Part shown: positions 13,601 to 26,379 of the stretch, in pieces | Layout: each line of letters starts with the position of its first letter | Position numbering within the stretch: the stretch's first letter is position 1 | Source of the DNA: Lytechinus pictus | Lineage: Eukaryota | DNA length: 64,000 nucleotides | Reading direction: 5' to 3' | NCBI RefSeq assembly: GCF_037042905.1 | Contig: NC_087251.1 | Span: 23,376,001 to 23,440,000 of the forward strand | The notes under the pieces: generated by a model | Told to the model about the DNA's origin: nothing | What the model saw: the letters and a program-made list of their open reading frames with translations, nothing else | Databases searched by the model: none | Position numbers and translations under genes: made by a program

Positions 13601-16600
13601 ATATTTTTTTTGTTTTTAAGAGACACCACATGAAAATATTATCTATCATTGTATTTGCTTTAGAAACAATTGTGTTGATATGCCTGAATACCAAAATCCT
13701 TTGATTAAATAGATATTGTATACCAAAATCCTTTGATTAAAAAGATATTGTATACCAAAATCCTTTGATTAAAAGATATTGTATACCAAAATCCTTTGAT
13801 TAAAAATATATTGTATACCAAAATCCTTTGATTAAAAAGATATTTTATACAAACAGGGATTGCACCTAATGGTTTCAAACCTTGCTCTAACAATTTTTTC
13901 TGAAATAATGATAACTTTTTTATGTTTAAACAGTTGTTTTCATACTGATTCTCCCTTCATGGTAAAGATTACACATTTTTGTTAAGTTTGATCAAAACAG
14001 TACCTTTTTGCGGTTTGCATGCTTTATCTTCTTAAAGTCGAGAATGGGCATGAGTGCTGGACGACCATGGGCACATTGAAAAGGCAAGTCACATGATGAG
14101 AGCTGACCAATCAGAGTCTTGCATTCAGCAAGATCAAGGGTGTCCCCAAATTTGATAGCACCTGTCATGAGATAAGACCAATAAGACAAATAAATTTAAG
14201 TAAAATAATAGGGCAGAGCATTTAATTAAAGGCTTGGTCCCACTGCACATACTGATGCAGACAGGATGTAAAACGGAAAAGAATTTTGCCATCCATTGGA
14301 ATACGTTATGTATCCGTTGAGTACTCTTTGCATATGTGTTTCATACGCTCTATATCCATCGAGCATCCGTCCACTGTGATTTCATTGTTTGCCCTTTTTA
14401 GCATAGTCCGGAGCGGATGAAAACGGATGGAGCCACCCCAAAATTTTGCTTTTCCACTGTATCCATTATGAATACGTTTTGTGTCCGTTGGCCAGTGCAA
14501 CCAGGCCTTACGATGGAGAGTGCGCTTCATAATTTCTATGTATCACTATTTACTACTATTATTATCAAGAGACAATAATTACCAGAATTAAAGAAAATAC
14601 AGTGGTTGGTCTTGACTTTTCTATCAAAGACAAATTAGGTTAGTAGATGTGCTTAAAGGACGAGTCCACCCAAACAGAAAGTTGATTTCAATAAAAGGAG
14701 AAAATTCCAACAAGCATAACACTGAAAATTTAATCAAAATCAGATGAAAAATAAGAAAGTTATATTTTAAAGTTTTACCTAATTTCGCAAAACAGTTATA
14801 TGCACATCCTGGTCGATATGCAAATGAGGGGACAGATGACATCACCAACTCACTGTTTTGTATTTCATTACATGAAATATGAAATATCTTAATTTGTCTT
14901 CATTGTCATGTGAAAGAAAGGTTTATTCCTCCCTGAATTTGTGGAATTACCATTGTTTAAAACATTTTGTTTAGTCAAGTTGGTCATTATCATCAAATCT
15001 GTAAAAATTGAAATATTGTACAATTCAATGATAAAAAAAAAAGATATAGTGAGTGGTGGACATCATCCACTCTCTTATTTTCATATCACTGAGTTGTGCA
15101 TATAACTGTTTTGTGAAAAATAAAAGAAAATCTAAAATGGCACAACTATCTTATTCTAAATCCAATTTTGATGAAGTTTTCAGGGTTATGCTTGTTGGAT
15201 TTTTCTCTATTGATTCAAGTCAACATTTTTACTGGGGTAGACTCGACCTTTATAAAGATACATATTTTTCTTTATATATTTTTAAAATTCTGATTTTGTT
15301 AGAGCAATGTCTTAAATTACGATTTTCAGCCTCCATTTTTCTTTTTTTTTTTTTTTGGGGGGGGGGCGGGCATACTTTCAATTGATACATCATTTACATA
15401 TTTTTAACATTCATGATATTAGACCAAGTGATATCTAATACCATTTTATTTTTTAGCTCTTTGGTATGACTGTAACTTTGAAGTCGATGATAGAAATAAA
15501 ATACTGTTAAACCTGTCTTAGTGGCCACCCATCTGTAGTAAAAACCTGTCTTTAGTGGCCTACAAAATTACCTCTAATTTGAAAGGAATATGAGTGTTAA
15601 AAGAACATGTCTATAAAGGTCACCTGTCTACAGAGGTCACTATTTCTGTTTCCATTGAGAGGCATTAATAGACGGGTGTGACTGTATACAATAACATATT
15701 CACCATGGCAAGCTTGAGAGTTAAGAATCCTTGTGATGGTCTTAGGTAAGGATGAAACGGCTCCAGATTGATGCTGTAGCGAGTCCAATACTTCCTTGAT
15801 CAACGTCTGGATGAACGCCAAGTAACAGAAAGGAGATTTTCAAAGGTAAATAAACAATCAAACATGTTTACATTGGACTTGAAAATTTCAAATGTCTATT
15901 TCCTGTTATATTTTCTTGATTATCATATTGCAAATATATGCATTACATGACATTGATAAGTTATTATATGTATGTTTGTATATTGGATCATCAAATGAAA
16001 GAAGATGCAATAATGTAATAAGATGGGGGGAAAAATCACAAAAAAACATCACAAAATGAAGTCATCTGATGTTCTGTACATGTACATGTAGAATACATTC
16101 ATCTATTTTAAACCATTTCATTTCCATCCTTTACTTTGAAAGATTTAAGAAGAGATTACCACATGTATGTACGATCTGAGCTAACTCATAATACTTTTAG
16201 TTCTACTTAAATGGACATAAACAACAATCTGAGTACTTGATACTAAAAAATTTCATGTAAATTTGAATTACATGTACATATACTTTCCATATTATACTGA
16301 TTTCTACCCCCTCCCCCCCCCCAAAAAAAAAAAATGAATGAAATGTGTTGGCAAGGGTTTGAGATTAAGTTTTCAGGTTTATCCCTAGGACAGAAATTTA
16401 ACGGCTGTTAAGGAAATCAATCATACAGTAAGATATCACGTTCATACATTGGATCAGATTTTCACTTTTCAAAAAATATTTTCTATTGAGAAATTCATCT
16501 TAAATACTAGTTGTGGTAATGATCTCAAGTGAATTTGAACAGAATCCAAGAAAATTACAACTGATGTGTTTGTATGTATAAATGGCAGATGATTCTGGTA

Positions 16601-19600
16601 GATAGGCAGGTGAAGTGTCTTTTTTGAAGCAATAGTAATTAACTGACTATATGTGCTTATCTATGTTGACAATTGTCAGTATGACAATTTTTCAGCATAG
16701 ATTTCATGATTTCAAAGAGTAAGGTTAAAGTAAATGTACTTAAACCTAGATCTATAATATAGTGAATATTAAACTTCATTTTGAAGGCTTTCATATGAAT
16801 CATTGCATGCTGCAACTACATTACTTAAGTGTTAAATATAAATCACACGTTACACCTTTTTCAAATCTAACAAGGAGTCAAAGAGACAGTTACAATGGAT
16901 CAGAAGTACAGGACTTTCAGATTATTGTATTTCAGCTATAAACCATTTTCAGGTCACAGAATGAGATACCTCTTCAATCTAGAATGTTTACCAATCCCTT
17001 TAAAGCAATTTAATGCATAAGTATTGCCCTACGCCATCATTCTCACCTCTGCCACACTGGTAGCTATGGTTTGGCGACCTCTTTTGAGCTCATTTGCTTC
17101 TTTTTCTACCACACAAGCTGGTAGCCGAGTAACCAAGGCACTATCTTCAGACAATTGGTATGCTATACCAATCCTCTTCATCTTCTGAGGATAAGCCTCC
17201 AGAAGTCTTAATTCAGATGAAGATAGACTGATAGGAAGAGCTGGAGTGACATCAGAAGTACGGATACATCTTGTTTGGTCAGCGTTGCTATCATCAGGAT
17301 TATCACAATGGCTTGTATATGCATCTATAAAGTAATTGATATCAAGAATATCAAGGATGTAGTTTAAACAATGAAATCCAATTTTAATATTCGGGATGTT
17401 GGTTATCTAATTAAGGTCTAAATGAATATCTGGTACAAGAATTTTCAAGTGTATTCCAACAAGGATCCGGTAATATTCAATATAAAAATGTAATGAATGC
17501 GATGGACGTATCTAAGAATCATTTGATATTCAATTCAATCGTCCTCTTATTACATATGAAAAGTTCTAGTCTGTATACTTCTTGAATTAATGAATATGAT
17601 TGCTAAGTACTAAGGAAATGTCAAAATCATTTTCTTTTCACTGAACTGTTACCTTGCAGTGAATTCATTACGTTTCTCTGCACATCATTGACCACTATCA
17701 AAGAACATTTCCAAAGTAAGTTTTTTTTTAATAAACAAGTGGAACGCCTCTGGCAGTCTCGCCTGCATTACCCAATGCGATATAGCAGCAGCGCTTCCTT
17801 TGAAAATAGCTAATGAATATTATTCACAGAAGAAAACACTAATATGATAATAAAATATTACGTCCATTGAAACAAAATGACCATGATCATGTGACCTAAG
17901 GATTGTGCAAAACTATCATTCATACTTGATTACCCTTATGTCGATGTTTCATGAGCAAGTACCATAAACTTCCTAAGTTATGAAGCCAATTCAACACATA
18001 CTCCCACCACGGCCAGAGTTCATTGACCTTTAAATGACCTTTGATCTTGGCCATGTGACCTGAAACTCACACATGATATTCAGGGATACATGGTTGCTTT
18101 ATGTCCAAGTTTCATGAACTAGATCCATAAAATTTCAAAGTTATGATGACAATTCCTCAAATAACCCTACCATGGCCAAAGTTTGTTGACCCTAAGTGAC
18201 CTTTGACCTTGGTCATGTGACCTGAAACTCGCACATGATATTCAGGGATACATGGTTGCTCTTATGTCCAAGTTTCATGAACTAGATCCATAAACTTTTA
18301 AAGTTATGATGACAATTCCTCAAATAACCCTAACATGGGCAAAGATTGTTGACCGTAAGTGACCTTTGACCTTAATCATGTAACCTGAAACTCAGGCAGG
18401 ATCTTCAGTGATACACTATTACGTTTTGTCTACGTTTTATGAACTAGGTCCATATACTTTCGAAGTTATGACAACATTTCAAAAACTTAACCTTGGTTAA
18501 GATTTCAATATTGATTCCCCCAACATGGTCTAAGTTCATTGACCCTAAATGACCTTTGACTTTAGTCATGTGACCCGAAACTCAGGCAGGATGTTCAGTA
18601 ATACTTGATTAACCTTATGTCCAAGTTTCATGAACTAGGTCCATATACTTTTTAAGTTATGATGACATTTCAAAAACTTAACCTTGGTTAAGATTTCAAT
18701 GTTGACGATGCCGCCTCCGCTGCCGTCAGAAAAGCGGCGCCTATAGTCTCGACAATAAAATTGTTCTCATACTTGCTTATTATCCATAAAGCGGTCAAGC
18801 AACAAAAAATCCATAAACCTACCAATGTTAGAACAGGCTTTTAATGAAGACAGGGCTGTGTCTCACAAAGAGATACAATCGATTGAAATCAATCTGAAGT
18901 TGCAATTGATCAAAATTTGTGGAGTTAAGAGATACCTCAATATCAATTTGAGTTTGATTTGAATCTATCACAGCTCTTTGTGAGACAGGGCTCTAATCAT
19001 ATGCATACCTTGAGTGAGCATTTCCAGCCTGATGCGTTCATGTGCAGCATGTTGATCAACAAGAATAAGAAGATTAGGCTCTCCTGCGGGGTTCTTCTCA
19101 TAATCACTGTTAACCAGGCAGGCTATGAACTTTTTATCTACCTGACCGAGGACCTGATTTATTCATGCATGAACAGGAAGAATAAAAAATAGAAACAATC
19201 AATGGGAAAAAATTACAAAAAGAAGATTTTTTTAATACTAACAAATAGAATTAAAATATAACATGACTTGCCATATGTACATTGACATACATATGCTGAC
19301 AAAAACATCCAGTGTAAAAACCCCTTTAAATGGATATTTATTATAGAGGAGAATAGTTCTTAGCCCCCATGTATTTTCCCAGATGGAAGAGGTCGACTAC
19401 TGCAAGGCTGATCGTAACTTTTCTCATCCATGTTCTAAAAATATAAAAATATTTTTAAATCATGATCCTGTTACATACAACTTAGAATCAATATTAACTT
19501 CATCATCACTGGTAACTTAATGTACCACCTCTGATCAACAGCCAATTAAAATTGTCTCAATGTCTCCTTGGAGTGGCCACTGAGGGTTAAGTTACATTCA

Positions 19601-22600
19601 ATAGTTATTGTCATGTAACAGGGTCCAGATATTCACCTTCATGCTTGCAAACATGCCTTTGGTGAACTGACATGGATTGAGTGAGGCGAGAACCTTAGCC
19701 TGGAACTTTACATCAATGTTGGGAAATCCCTCACTCACAGAAGTCAGAAATCCGTATCCTGTGCCTTCTTGATTGTATTTTGAGAATTGTGGACCTTCAT
19801 TGCAGCTATCTCCTGTATCAGTTAATAATAAGTATTGTATACATACTTTTATTGAACAAAATGCGCAAATAATGAAAGCAAATTTGAGACAATCTTAAGT
19901 ACATTATTGTATGCATGATAATCATAAAGTGATGGAAAAGAGAGGTCAGACATAAAATAGTCAATTTTTTTAATGGCATTCCCCAACTGGTATGGAAATG
20001 TTCAACAATGAACAGAGACACAACTGTGGGAAACATTAAAGTACCTTGCATTTGACTATAAGCTTAATACCCTTCACAAGAAATGAAAATGCACAATTTT
20101 GCTAACACAGACAAGCGCAAACATTTAATCACATGCAAATTCAAACTTTCACAGTATCCAAATTTATTTTTCTAATTATATTTAGGGTGAAAATGAAACT
20201 TATTTACCAGAAATCTGACTTCTCTTGCCCCACTTGACAATGGACAACTCATCATCTTCTTCTTGGCTTTCTTCCATGGCAGCATCAACGGTTGCCAAGG
20301 TAGCAGGTGTGACTGGAGGATCATGGGAATGGGATGATGACTCTTTCTTATCACGCAAGTTATTCACAAAAGGGGCTGCACTGTGAGGAAGATGAGGATG
20401 GGCTAATGTATCATCTGTACAATGAGAGTTTAAAAAATGAAAACAGTGGCTTGAGATGGTATGAATGGCAACATTGAGCTGGCTTTAATAGAGGTAGCCT
20501 ATTAACTTTCACTTTTAACAGTACTACTATCCACTTTGTTTCCATCCATGTTCTTTCCATCCAGCATCTTCCCATCTCGCAGACAACGTTCCCGAGTATA
20601 CTCCATCAGAGACAAATGTCCAAAAACAAACTTATAATTTGAACCTACATGTATCACTGCAAATACAAACTTGCTTCTTCCTCTTTTTATTTCTCCTTTA
20701 GTACATAGGGACCCACATGTAATACTTGTACATTATTATTATCATATATGTATGTCTCACACAGTCAGTTTATAACAGTAAAACAGCACAGCAGATATTC
20801 AATTCTTGTATGCATTTGATATTAACCACTCCTTGCATTTCCTACCATAACCAAAGCTTCACTGTCCATTATACTGATGGAGTACAATGTAGAATACTCA
20901 TTTTATACAATTCCACTACTCAACTACTGGTATAAAGCATTATTTGTATAGATCCATGCTCCCATGAAGAGTATACCATTCTAGTTTTATTCTTTTTAGT
21001 TGTAAGTTGAACTCTTTAACCTTCCATAGTTTACTGATGTTGAGCATGAGAGGGGGGAAAATACTCAAATTACTCACTTTTAGTCACCATGGTAAACTGA
21101 TGATCTACATTGATCTGCCTTGAATCCTGGTTCAACACTAGATCATCTGGCTTGTCAGAAGAGCAGTTCCCATTGAAGCGATTAATAAAGATCTTCCTAC
21201 CCCTGGAAGCATCATAGACACTGTACCACTCTCTGCTCTCTATCACAAATTTACCATCTGGGTCATTTCTCCCTGATGAATCTTTGGTATCCATGTCCTC
21301 CCGTTGAGTGGTATAAGAAGACTCACACATTCTTATTTCTGATTCAGTAGCTGGGTTACCTTCACTGGAAACCTGTATTTCAGGTACCTCTACTGCACTA
21401 GGTACATTTTCATCAGCTCCTTTGCATATTTTGATAGAATGGATGTCTTCAAGGCAAGAATGTTGTATGGGAGCTAGGTCAATATTGATACCAAATTGGT
21501 CTCTTCCCCCATGCACATTGGTTGATTTTGATGATAATGGTGCCTCTTTTGGAATTGAATTTTCTCGGGCATCATTTTTGGTAGCAGTACTGTCATCTCT
21601 ATTTTCTGGCGCTACTACGACAGTATCAAGACAAAATGTTCTTTCTTCGTCATGGTGAGGTATATGAAATAAAGATATTGAGTCATCTGGATCACTTGCA
21701 TCCAACAGACCAGAATCTTCATCCATATAGGTACCAGGATCAGTGGTCATCTCTGCATTATTTTCCTTTAATTCATTGTCGTTATGGTCTGTCTGGAAGA
21801 TTTTGATAGCACTTTGTCCACTGTCTGCCATTGTGTCAAACTCATTCATTTCTGTGATATCCCTTGCATTGATTCCTGTGGTATCTTCTTCCATCCAATG
21901 GGTTGTGTTATTACCTAATGTTCCCTTTTCATTAACAATTTCACAAAGATCAAGTGCACCATCAGCAATCTCAACAGTAAATGGTTCAGTTTCAAGTACA
22001 GTGCAAGGCCTCTCCTGAACTGGAAGTGGAACCTGACAATCATCACTTGCTGCTCTAACACCCTCGCTCGTTGATTGTTCAAGTTCTTCATTGCTAATTT
22101 GAGTGCAATCATCTGTTGGACTAGAGCTTTGCAAAGTTTCTCTGTCAAAGACCTCACATGCACTCACCATGAATGAGGTAGATGTCAAGAACTTCACTGG
22201 CACCTCAGCAGATGCTGATGATTGCAATCCACTGGTCAGCTTCTGCCACTTGGAACTGACTGGGGAATCAGGAGGATCTGCTACTCTCTTCAAAGTAGGT
22301 GTTGATTCTAAAGTAGAGTTTCTTGGAATATATGAGGTATTGACAACAATGCTCTTTCTTTCACAGTGTTCTCTACTAGAGCTTTCAATACAGTCATCTC
22401 TGGCTGCAACATCCACGAGTTGCCCTTCTGAGTCTTGAACATACGATTCCATTCGTTCTCTTAAATTACATCCACTGCTCTGCTTCCATGCCTTGGAACT
22501 AATTGGAGAATCAGGAGGATCTGCTATCTTCCTACTGTTTGTTAGTTCCATAGTAGAGTGTCTGGGAAGATCTGACATATTACTATCACTTCTTTGTCTT

Positions 22601-25038
22601 TCCCAGTGTTCTCTGTTGGTGTTCTTTGTACAGCCACCTTTGGGTGCATCATGTATGTTTTGCTCTTCTGAGTCATGTGGCTTCATATGTTCACTTGGAT
22701 TACATTTTTTATTCTCTATAATGACAAGACAAGCATTCTCTTTTTCATTAACCTTCAGCCCAGGTGCATTGTTATCATCAGCCATATGAGTTTTTGCTTG
22801 ATTACCAAGTTTGCTCTTCTCATCAGCAATTGCTTGTTGATTGCTTAGACATGCTTCCTTCATTGAGCTGCCACTTTCTGAACTAAAAGTAAAAGCATTG
22901 GTGTGACCGTTTGATTGACTGGGCCCACTAGATGATGATAGCCTTTGAAGCATATCCACCTGTTCCTGCCTGTCCTTACATTTGATATTCAAACTCTCCA
23001 ATGTGCTTCGAAATCCTGGACTACGGTACCATCTCAATGCAATTGTTTTGTGCTCATTGGCTGAAGCAGATTGCAGATGCTTATTAACTTTCTGTTCTGA
23101 TTTCTGAGATGAATCATCCTTTGCAGCCTTAGTCATTTTTTTCTTTTTTACTGATCTTCGAAACATTGAAAGTGTATTTCTTGCTTTGACAGCAATCCTA
23201 GTTCGAGGAGAAACAAGATCAACAACTTCTTGTCCTGAGTCAGTGTCATCTCTTCTCATTGACAAACAGCGAGCATCACAACACTGATGTACTCCCGACT
23301 TAGGTGTTCCAATTTCCACTTCACTGCTAGTTAAAGTCTCCTCACTCGATCCTACATCTAGTTCTGATGATGGTGGTGTCCAATGAGCTGCACTGATGGC
23401 TGCACTTCCTTCCCTATTACAAGACAAGTTTGAAGTCAGAGACTTCATATTTTGAGAACTATCATCTTTCTTATCATCAGGTGTTTTTGGCATGGGTCTA
23501 TTAACCAAAGTCTCCTCAGAGAGCTGACAATGTGGATCTGCATTAGGATCTGAATGGTCACTTGCATATGCTGTAAGAACCTCCTCCATATGTTTATTTG
23601 TGTCCACATGTTTATTTGTGTCACATGCATCTGGTTGCGGGATTTCAGTTTCTCTGATCTTATTGACATCTCCAAATGCATCTGGTATCCTGTCAGAATT
23701 ATTTGTCGTATGAGAGTCAGCTTTATCCTCCTCTACTCTCTCTATGTTACAGGGATTCAGGTTATTCAACATGGTGCTGACATCTGGCTGGACAATTTGT
23801 CTTCTAACACATGTTGACTGAACAGCATTTTTACAATCAGTTGTACTGATGACACTGGCACACACTTCGGTTTCATTTGGTATGATAAGATTACTACGTC
23901 CTGCTTCACTTCCTGTCTGTGCAACATTAAATTTCATTGTAAGATTCTCCCTCTCAAGAAAAGATGTAACAAGCTCATGCACACAGGTTACGACTCCTTC
24001 CCAGTCCCTAAACTCAACTAAGGTCTTGGCTGGATCAAACGTGATGTCATATTCATTACGACAGCAAGTGATGTTCAAAACAAAGATGCCATACTCCATT
24101 TGATTTCCCCCAGGACTAGGTTGGCATGTGGCAGACATGCTGTATCCTTGCGACATGTTTTGATTTTTTCCTTTACTCTTAGTAACAAGTGAGTTACTGA
24201 GAAGCTCATTCACAAGTTTGTGAATTTTTGTCTTCAGAATCAATCTTCCATTCACATAAACAAATTGCAGGGACTTGTTCCGATGACTTGTTGATCCAAT
24301 AAACCCTGAAATGTTGAAGACTGCGTGAATGTGATTCACCTCTTTCAAGCCACCTACCACATCTTTACCAAAGAGATACCCAAACGTTTGAACAACTGAT
24401 GACGAGTGGTGCGTTTGTATTGATTTTACTCCTGTGCTGTCATTTCGAAGAGTAAGCGAAATCTGTGGGTGAATCAAAGATATTGCCTGTAGTTGCTTGC
24501 AGATTTGTTCATACACCAAGGGACTGGACAGCATCTTCCGCCTTACTGGTAAATTATAGAAAACATTTCGGGCTGTGACTGTTGTCCCTCCACTTAGCCT
24601 AACCTTTGAAGCCTTTGTGACACCTTGATCCTTTCCATGATGAAAGAGTTTACTGTAGGTAAGTTCAGACCCTCTGGCTCGTGAAGTGATCTCCAACACT
24701 GAAGAAATTTCCTTTATACTTGCAAGAGCTTCTCCTCTGTATCCATAATGGGATATATCTTCAAGGTCTTTTGTGTTATGGCATTTGCTTGTAGCATATC
24801 TCTCACCCACACAGAGCATATCATCTTTAGTCATCCCCCTTCCATTGTCTACGACCTGAATTTGACAGTCAGGTAGATGCACACGAACAGCGATGCAAGA
24901 AGCTTCAGCGTCAATACTATTCACAACCAATTCCTCTACACATTGGACAACTGATGGTGTGGCAACGCCAGATCTTAGTTGATTTTGTACATCTTGAGAC
25001 AGGAACTGGATTGAAGCAATTTGATCAAGAGACATCAT
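7598..25038 (-). CDS. MLH3: DNA mismatch repair / meiotic crossover protein MLH3 (MutL-gamma subunit), spliced gene; join(25038-21078,20414-20208,19812-19637,19153-19009,17324-17047,15806-15704,14161-14004,7666-7598), ~1698 aa
   Basis: N-terminal GHKL ATPase motifs ([38 protein letters not shown]), MutL transducer ([14 protein letters not shown]), C-terminal [34 protein letters not shown] and [10 protein letters not shown], which are diagnostic of MLH3. All introns are GT-AG and the exon phases join without stops. The last exon is less certain. Confidence 0.95.
10890..12070. repeat. Ancient degenerate minisatellite, ~45-49 bp unit (consensus ~aacattggatttggagataaatggtgtgaaaggaccccaacaatt), interrupted by an AT-rich tract at ~11280-11460
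   Basis: Recurrent (t)tggagataaatggtgtgaaag(g)acccc-like cores, e.g. at 11666, 11711, 11760, 11961. Confidence 0.6.
12562..12790 (+). mobile_element. Old tRNA-derived SINE
   Basis: Degenerate box A (TGGTCTAGTG) and box B (GGTTTGAATCC), followed by a tgtgctgcactcaaccca...gtaaatgggtac core. Confidence 0.6.
13170..13380. repeat. ~55-bp direct repeat, copies ~155 bp apart
   Basis: atcactttgcatgggtaacacttgtaccc(g/c)..cactac.tacatgc at ~13178 and ~13333. Confidence 0.8.
13688..13850. repeat. Tandem repeat, 31-32 bp unit x ~5 (ataccaaaatcctttgattaaaa(a)gatattgt)
   Basis: Directly visible, contiguous, no spacers. Confidence 0.92.
14004..14161 (-). CDS. MLH3: MLH3 coding exon (158 bp, GAIKFGD...[10 protein letters not shown])
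   Basis: CAHGRP motif; CAG/GTACTG boundaries. Confidence 0.95.
14230..14508. mobile_element. PIF/Harbinger-like MITE
   Basis: AGGCTTGGTCCCACTG...CAGTGCAACCAGGCCT imperfect TIRs in TA-rich flanks. Confidence 0.6.
14653..15253. mobile_element. Kolobok-like non-autonomous element (TTAA-type ends, long TIRs)
   Basis: TTAAAGGACGAGTCCACCC...GGGGTAGACTCGACCTTTA; inverted subterminal caacaagcataac / gttatgcttgttg; decayed relative at ~52660-53135. Confidence 0.7.
15502..15686. mobile_element. Tc1/mariner-type MITE (TA-CAGT-like ends)
   Basis: TACTGTTAAACCTGTCT...AGACGGGTGTGACTGTA; internal repeated acctgtct motifs; ends 17 bp from an MLH3 exon. Confidence 0.6.
15704..15806 (-). CDS. MLH3: MLH3 coding exon (103 bp, ..[15 protein letters not shown])
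   Basis: CAG/GTGAAT boundaries; ACH metal-binding motif. Confidence 0.93.
17047..17324 (-). CDS. MLH3: MLH3 coding exon (278 bp, ..[17 protein letters not shown]..)
   Basis: Open frame, AG/GTGAGA boundaries, MLH3-like EANEL(K/R)RGR motif. Confidence 0.93.
17734..18760. mobile_element. Non-autonomous element carrying an internal ~162-190 bp tandem array (GACCTTTGACCT type; possibly Helentron/HINE-like)
   Basis: About 5 subunits with gacctttga at 18036, 18198, 18361 and 18551; AACAAG start; agtctcg motif near both ends. The superfamily assignment is inference. Confidence 0.65.
18851..18995. mobile_element. Short TIR MITE
   Basis: GGGCTGTGTCTCACAAAG...CTTTGTGAGACAGGGCTC inverted ends. Confidence 0.65.
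19009..19153 (-). CDS. MLH3: MLH3 coding exon with endonuclease metal-binding motif ([13 protein letters not shown]...[14 protein letters not shown])
   Basis: DQHA(X)2E(X)4E motif; CAG acceptor and GTATGC donor; 145 bp. Confidence 0.96.
19637..19812 (-). CDS. MLH3: MLH3 coding exon (176 bp, ..[15 protein letters not shown])
   Basis: AG/GT boundaries; FTKGM motif that precedes the MutL C-terminal domain in MLH3. Confidence 0.9.
20208..20414 (-). CDS. MLH3: MLH3 coding exon (207 bp, ..[15 protein letters not shown]...[10 protein letters not shown])
   Basis: TACAG acceptor, GTAAAT donor, open frame phase 1 to 1. Confidence 0.8.
21078..25038 (-). CDS. MLH3: MLH3 giant coding exon (ATPase + transducer + long low-complexity linker)
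   Basis: 1322-aa ORF in the track; acceptor AG at 25047-25046 after a poly-T tract; donor GTGAGT at 21077-21072 (phase 1). Confidence 0.96.
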
Positions 25039-26379
25039 GAAAATTCTGTAACAAATTAAAAATGAAAAAAAAAAAACAAAAAAAAAAACAATAAAACCAA
25101 AAGAAAAAATAGACCAAATAAGACATTTGGCAACAAACCGACATCAGAGACATCTACAAAATGTTTAATTCCATCCAATTCAAAAATGGTTTATTAAAAA
25201 CATATTTCACAGCCAAAGGCTTAATAAAACATTTGTAAGGTAAGGGGTCCTAAAGCTACACACCACTTATTGAACATTCAATTTCAATGGCAAAATGTGG
25301 ATTCTGTGTATGGGACTGTGACTGCAGTGTGACAAATTATTCCTATTCAAAACTCCACAAAGGCTATGCAATAATTTGCAAAAATCATATATAGAACCAT
25401 CAAATTATTGCAGCTTTGGAATTCTATTCTCTTAATTATCATATATCACATTTTCTTGCAAGAAAATAATAGATATTAAAAATTTGTACACAGGAAATGC
25501 AGTTTAACAACATTTCTCTGAATGGAAAATTGTGTATGTAGAAATACATGTAGGACCCCTTCCAAACCCATGGGCCAATTCAAGAGGTGAATTCAAAATA
25601 AAAGACAGCAGAATTTTCATTTTACATGTTTTAGTGAGTTTTTCACCATTTTCTTCTTGATTGATGATCTTTAGAATATTTACAAAAACTTTCAGATATA
25701 AAATCTATCCAAATATTCTTTATCCTTTATCACAAAGGATCATGGGATCAAAAAGGGGGCAAGACAAGATCTCCGCTATTGTCCAGATGCGCACATGCGA
25801 ATGCTAGCAGCCAAGAATTTTTTGTACAGTATTGAAATACAATAGTTGCACAAATTTTCCCTTTTATTTTAACAAATAATAAAATTTGAAACTTGATTAT
25901 ATTATAAAGAATTATTATTGCAATAATGATTATTTATAGGTTTTAAATTTATTATTTGTTAAAGAATAATTTTTATCTATAAATTGTTCTTCAAAACGGC
26001 ATTTTGTAACATCGCTTATCGAAGCTACGTCATAACGAAGCAGTTCAAGTGTCAAGCCTATTGTATGTGCGGTGTTTACAAATGGATCGAGGGATCTACA
26101 CGAGAATGTTCTGGTAAGAAACCTCTCATTTTTCACATTTTTACTAAGTGTTTTTTTGCACCTTCATACGCATTTATAATTATAGGCACATGAAGGTGTA
26201 TAGATAAATAAAATCAGACAAATTTACGTGATTTCTATCTTCAAAGATGAGATGGATTTCCTAGGGAAATCCATATTTGTTGACAAGTCTCGCTTACGTA
26301 CCTATGGCAAGGGTTTCAAGGCTTCTTGATGAATAAGTATATGTCAAAATATTTAAAAATATCATCACAAAGTCCTCAA

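Noticed and set aside
13688..13850. CRISPR-like array of ~31-bp repeats
   Set aside because: The units are contiguous with no unique spacers, the context is a eukaryotic intron, and there are no cas genes.
21422..24103. Several plus-strand and alternative-frame ORFs (78-111 aa) over the MLH3 exon
   Set aside because: These are shadow ORFs antisense or out of frame to a long coding exon, with no recognisable motifs.
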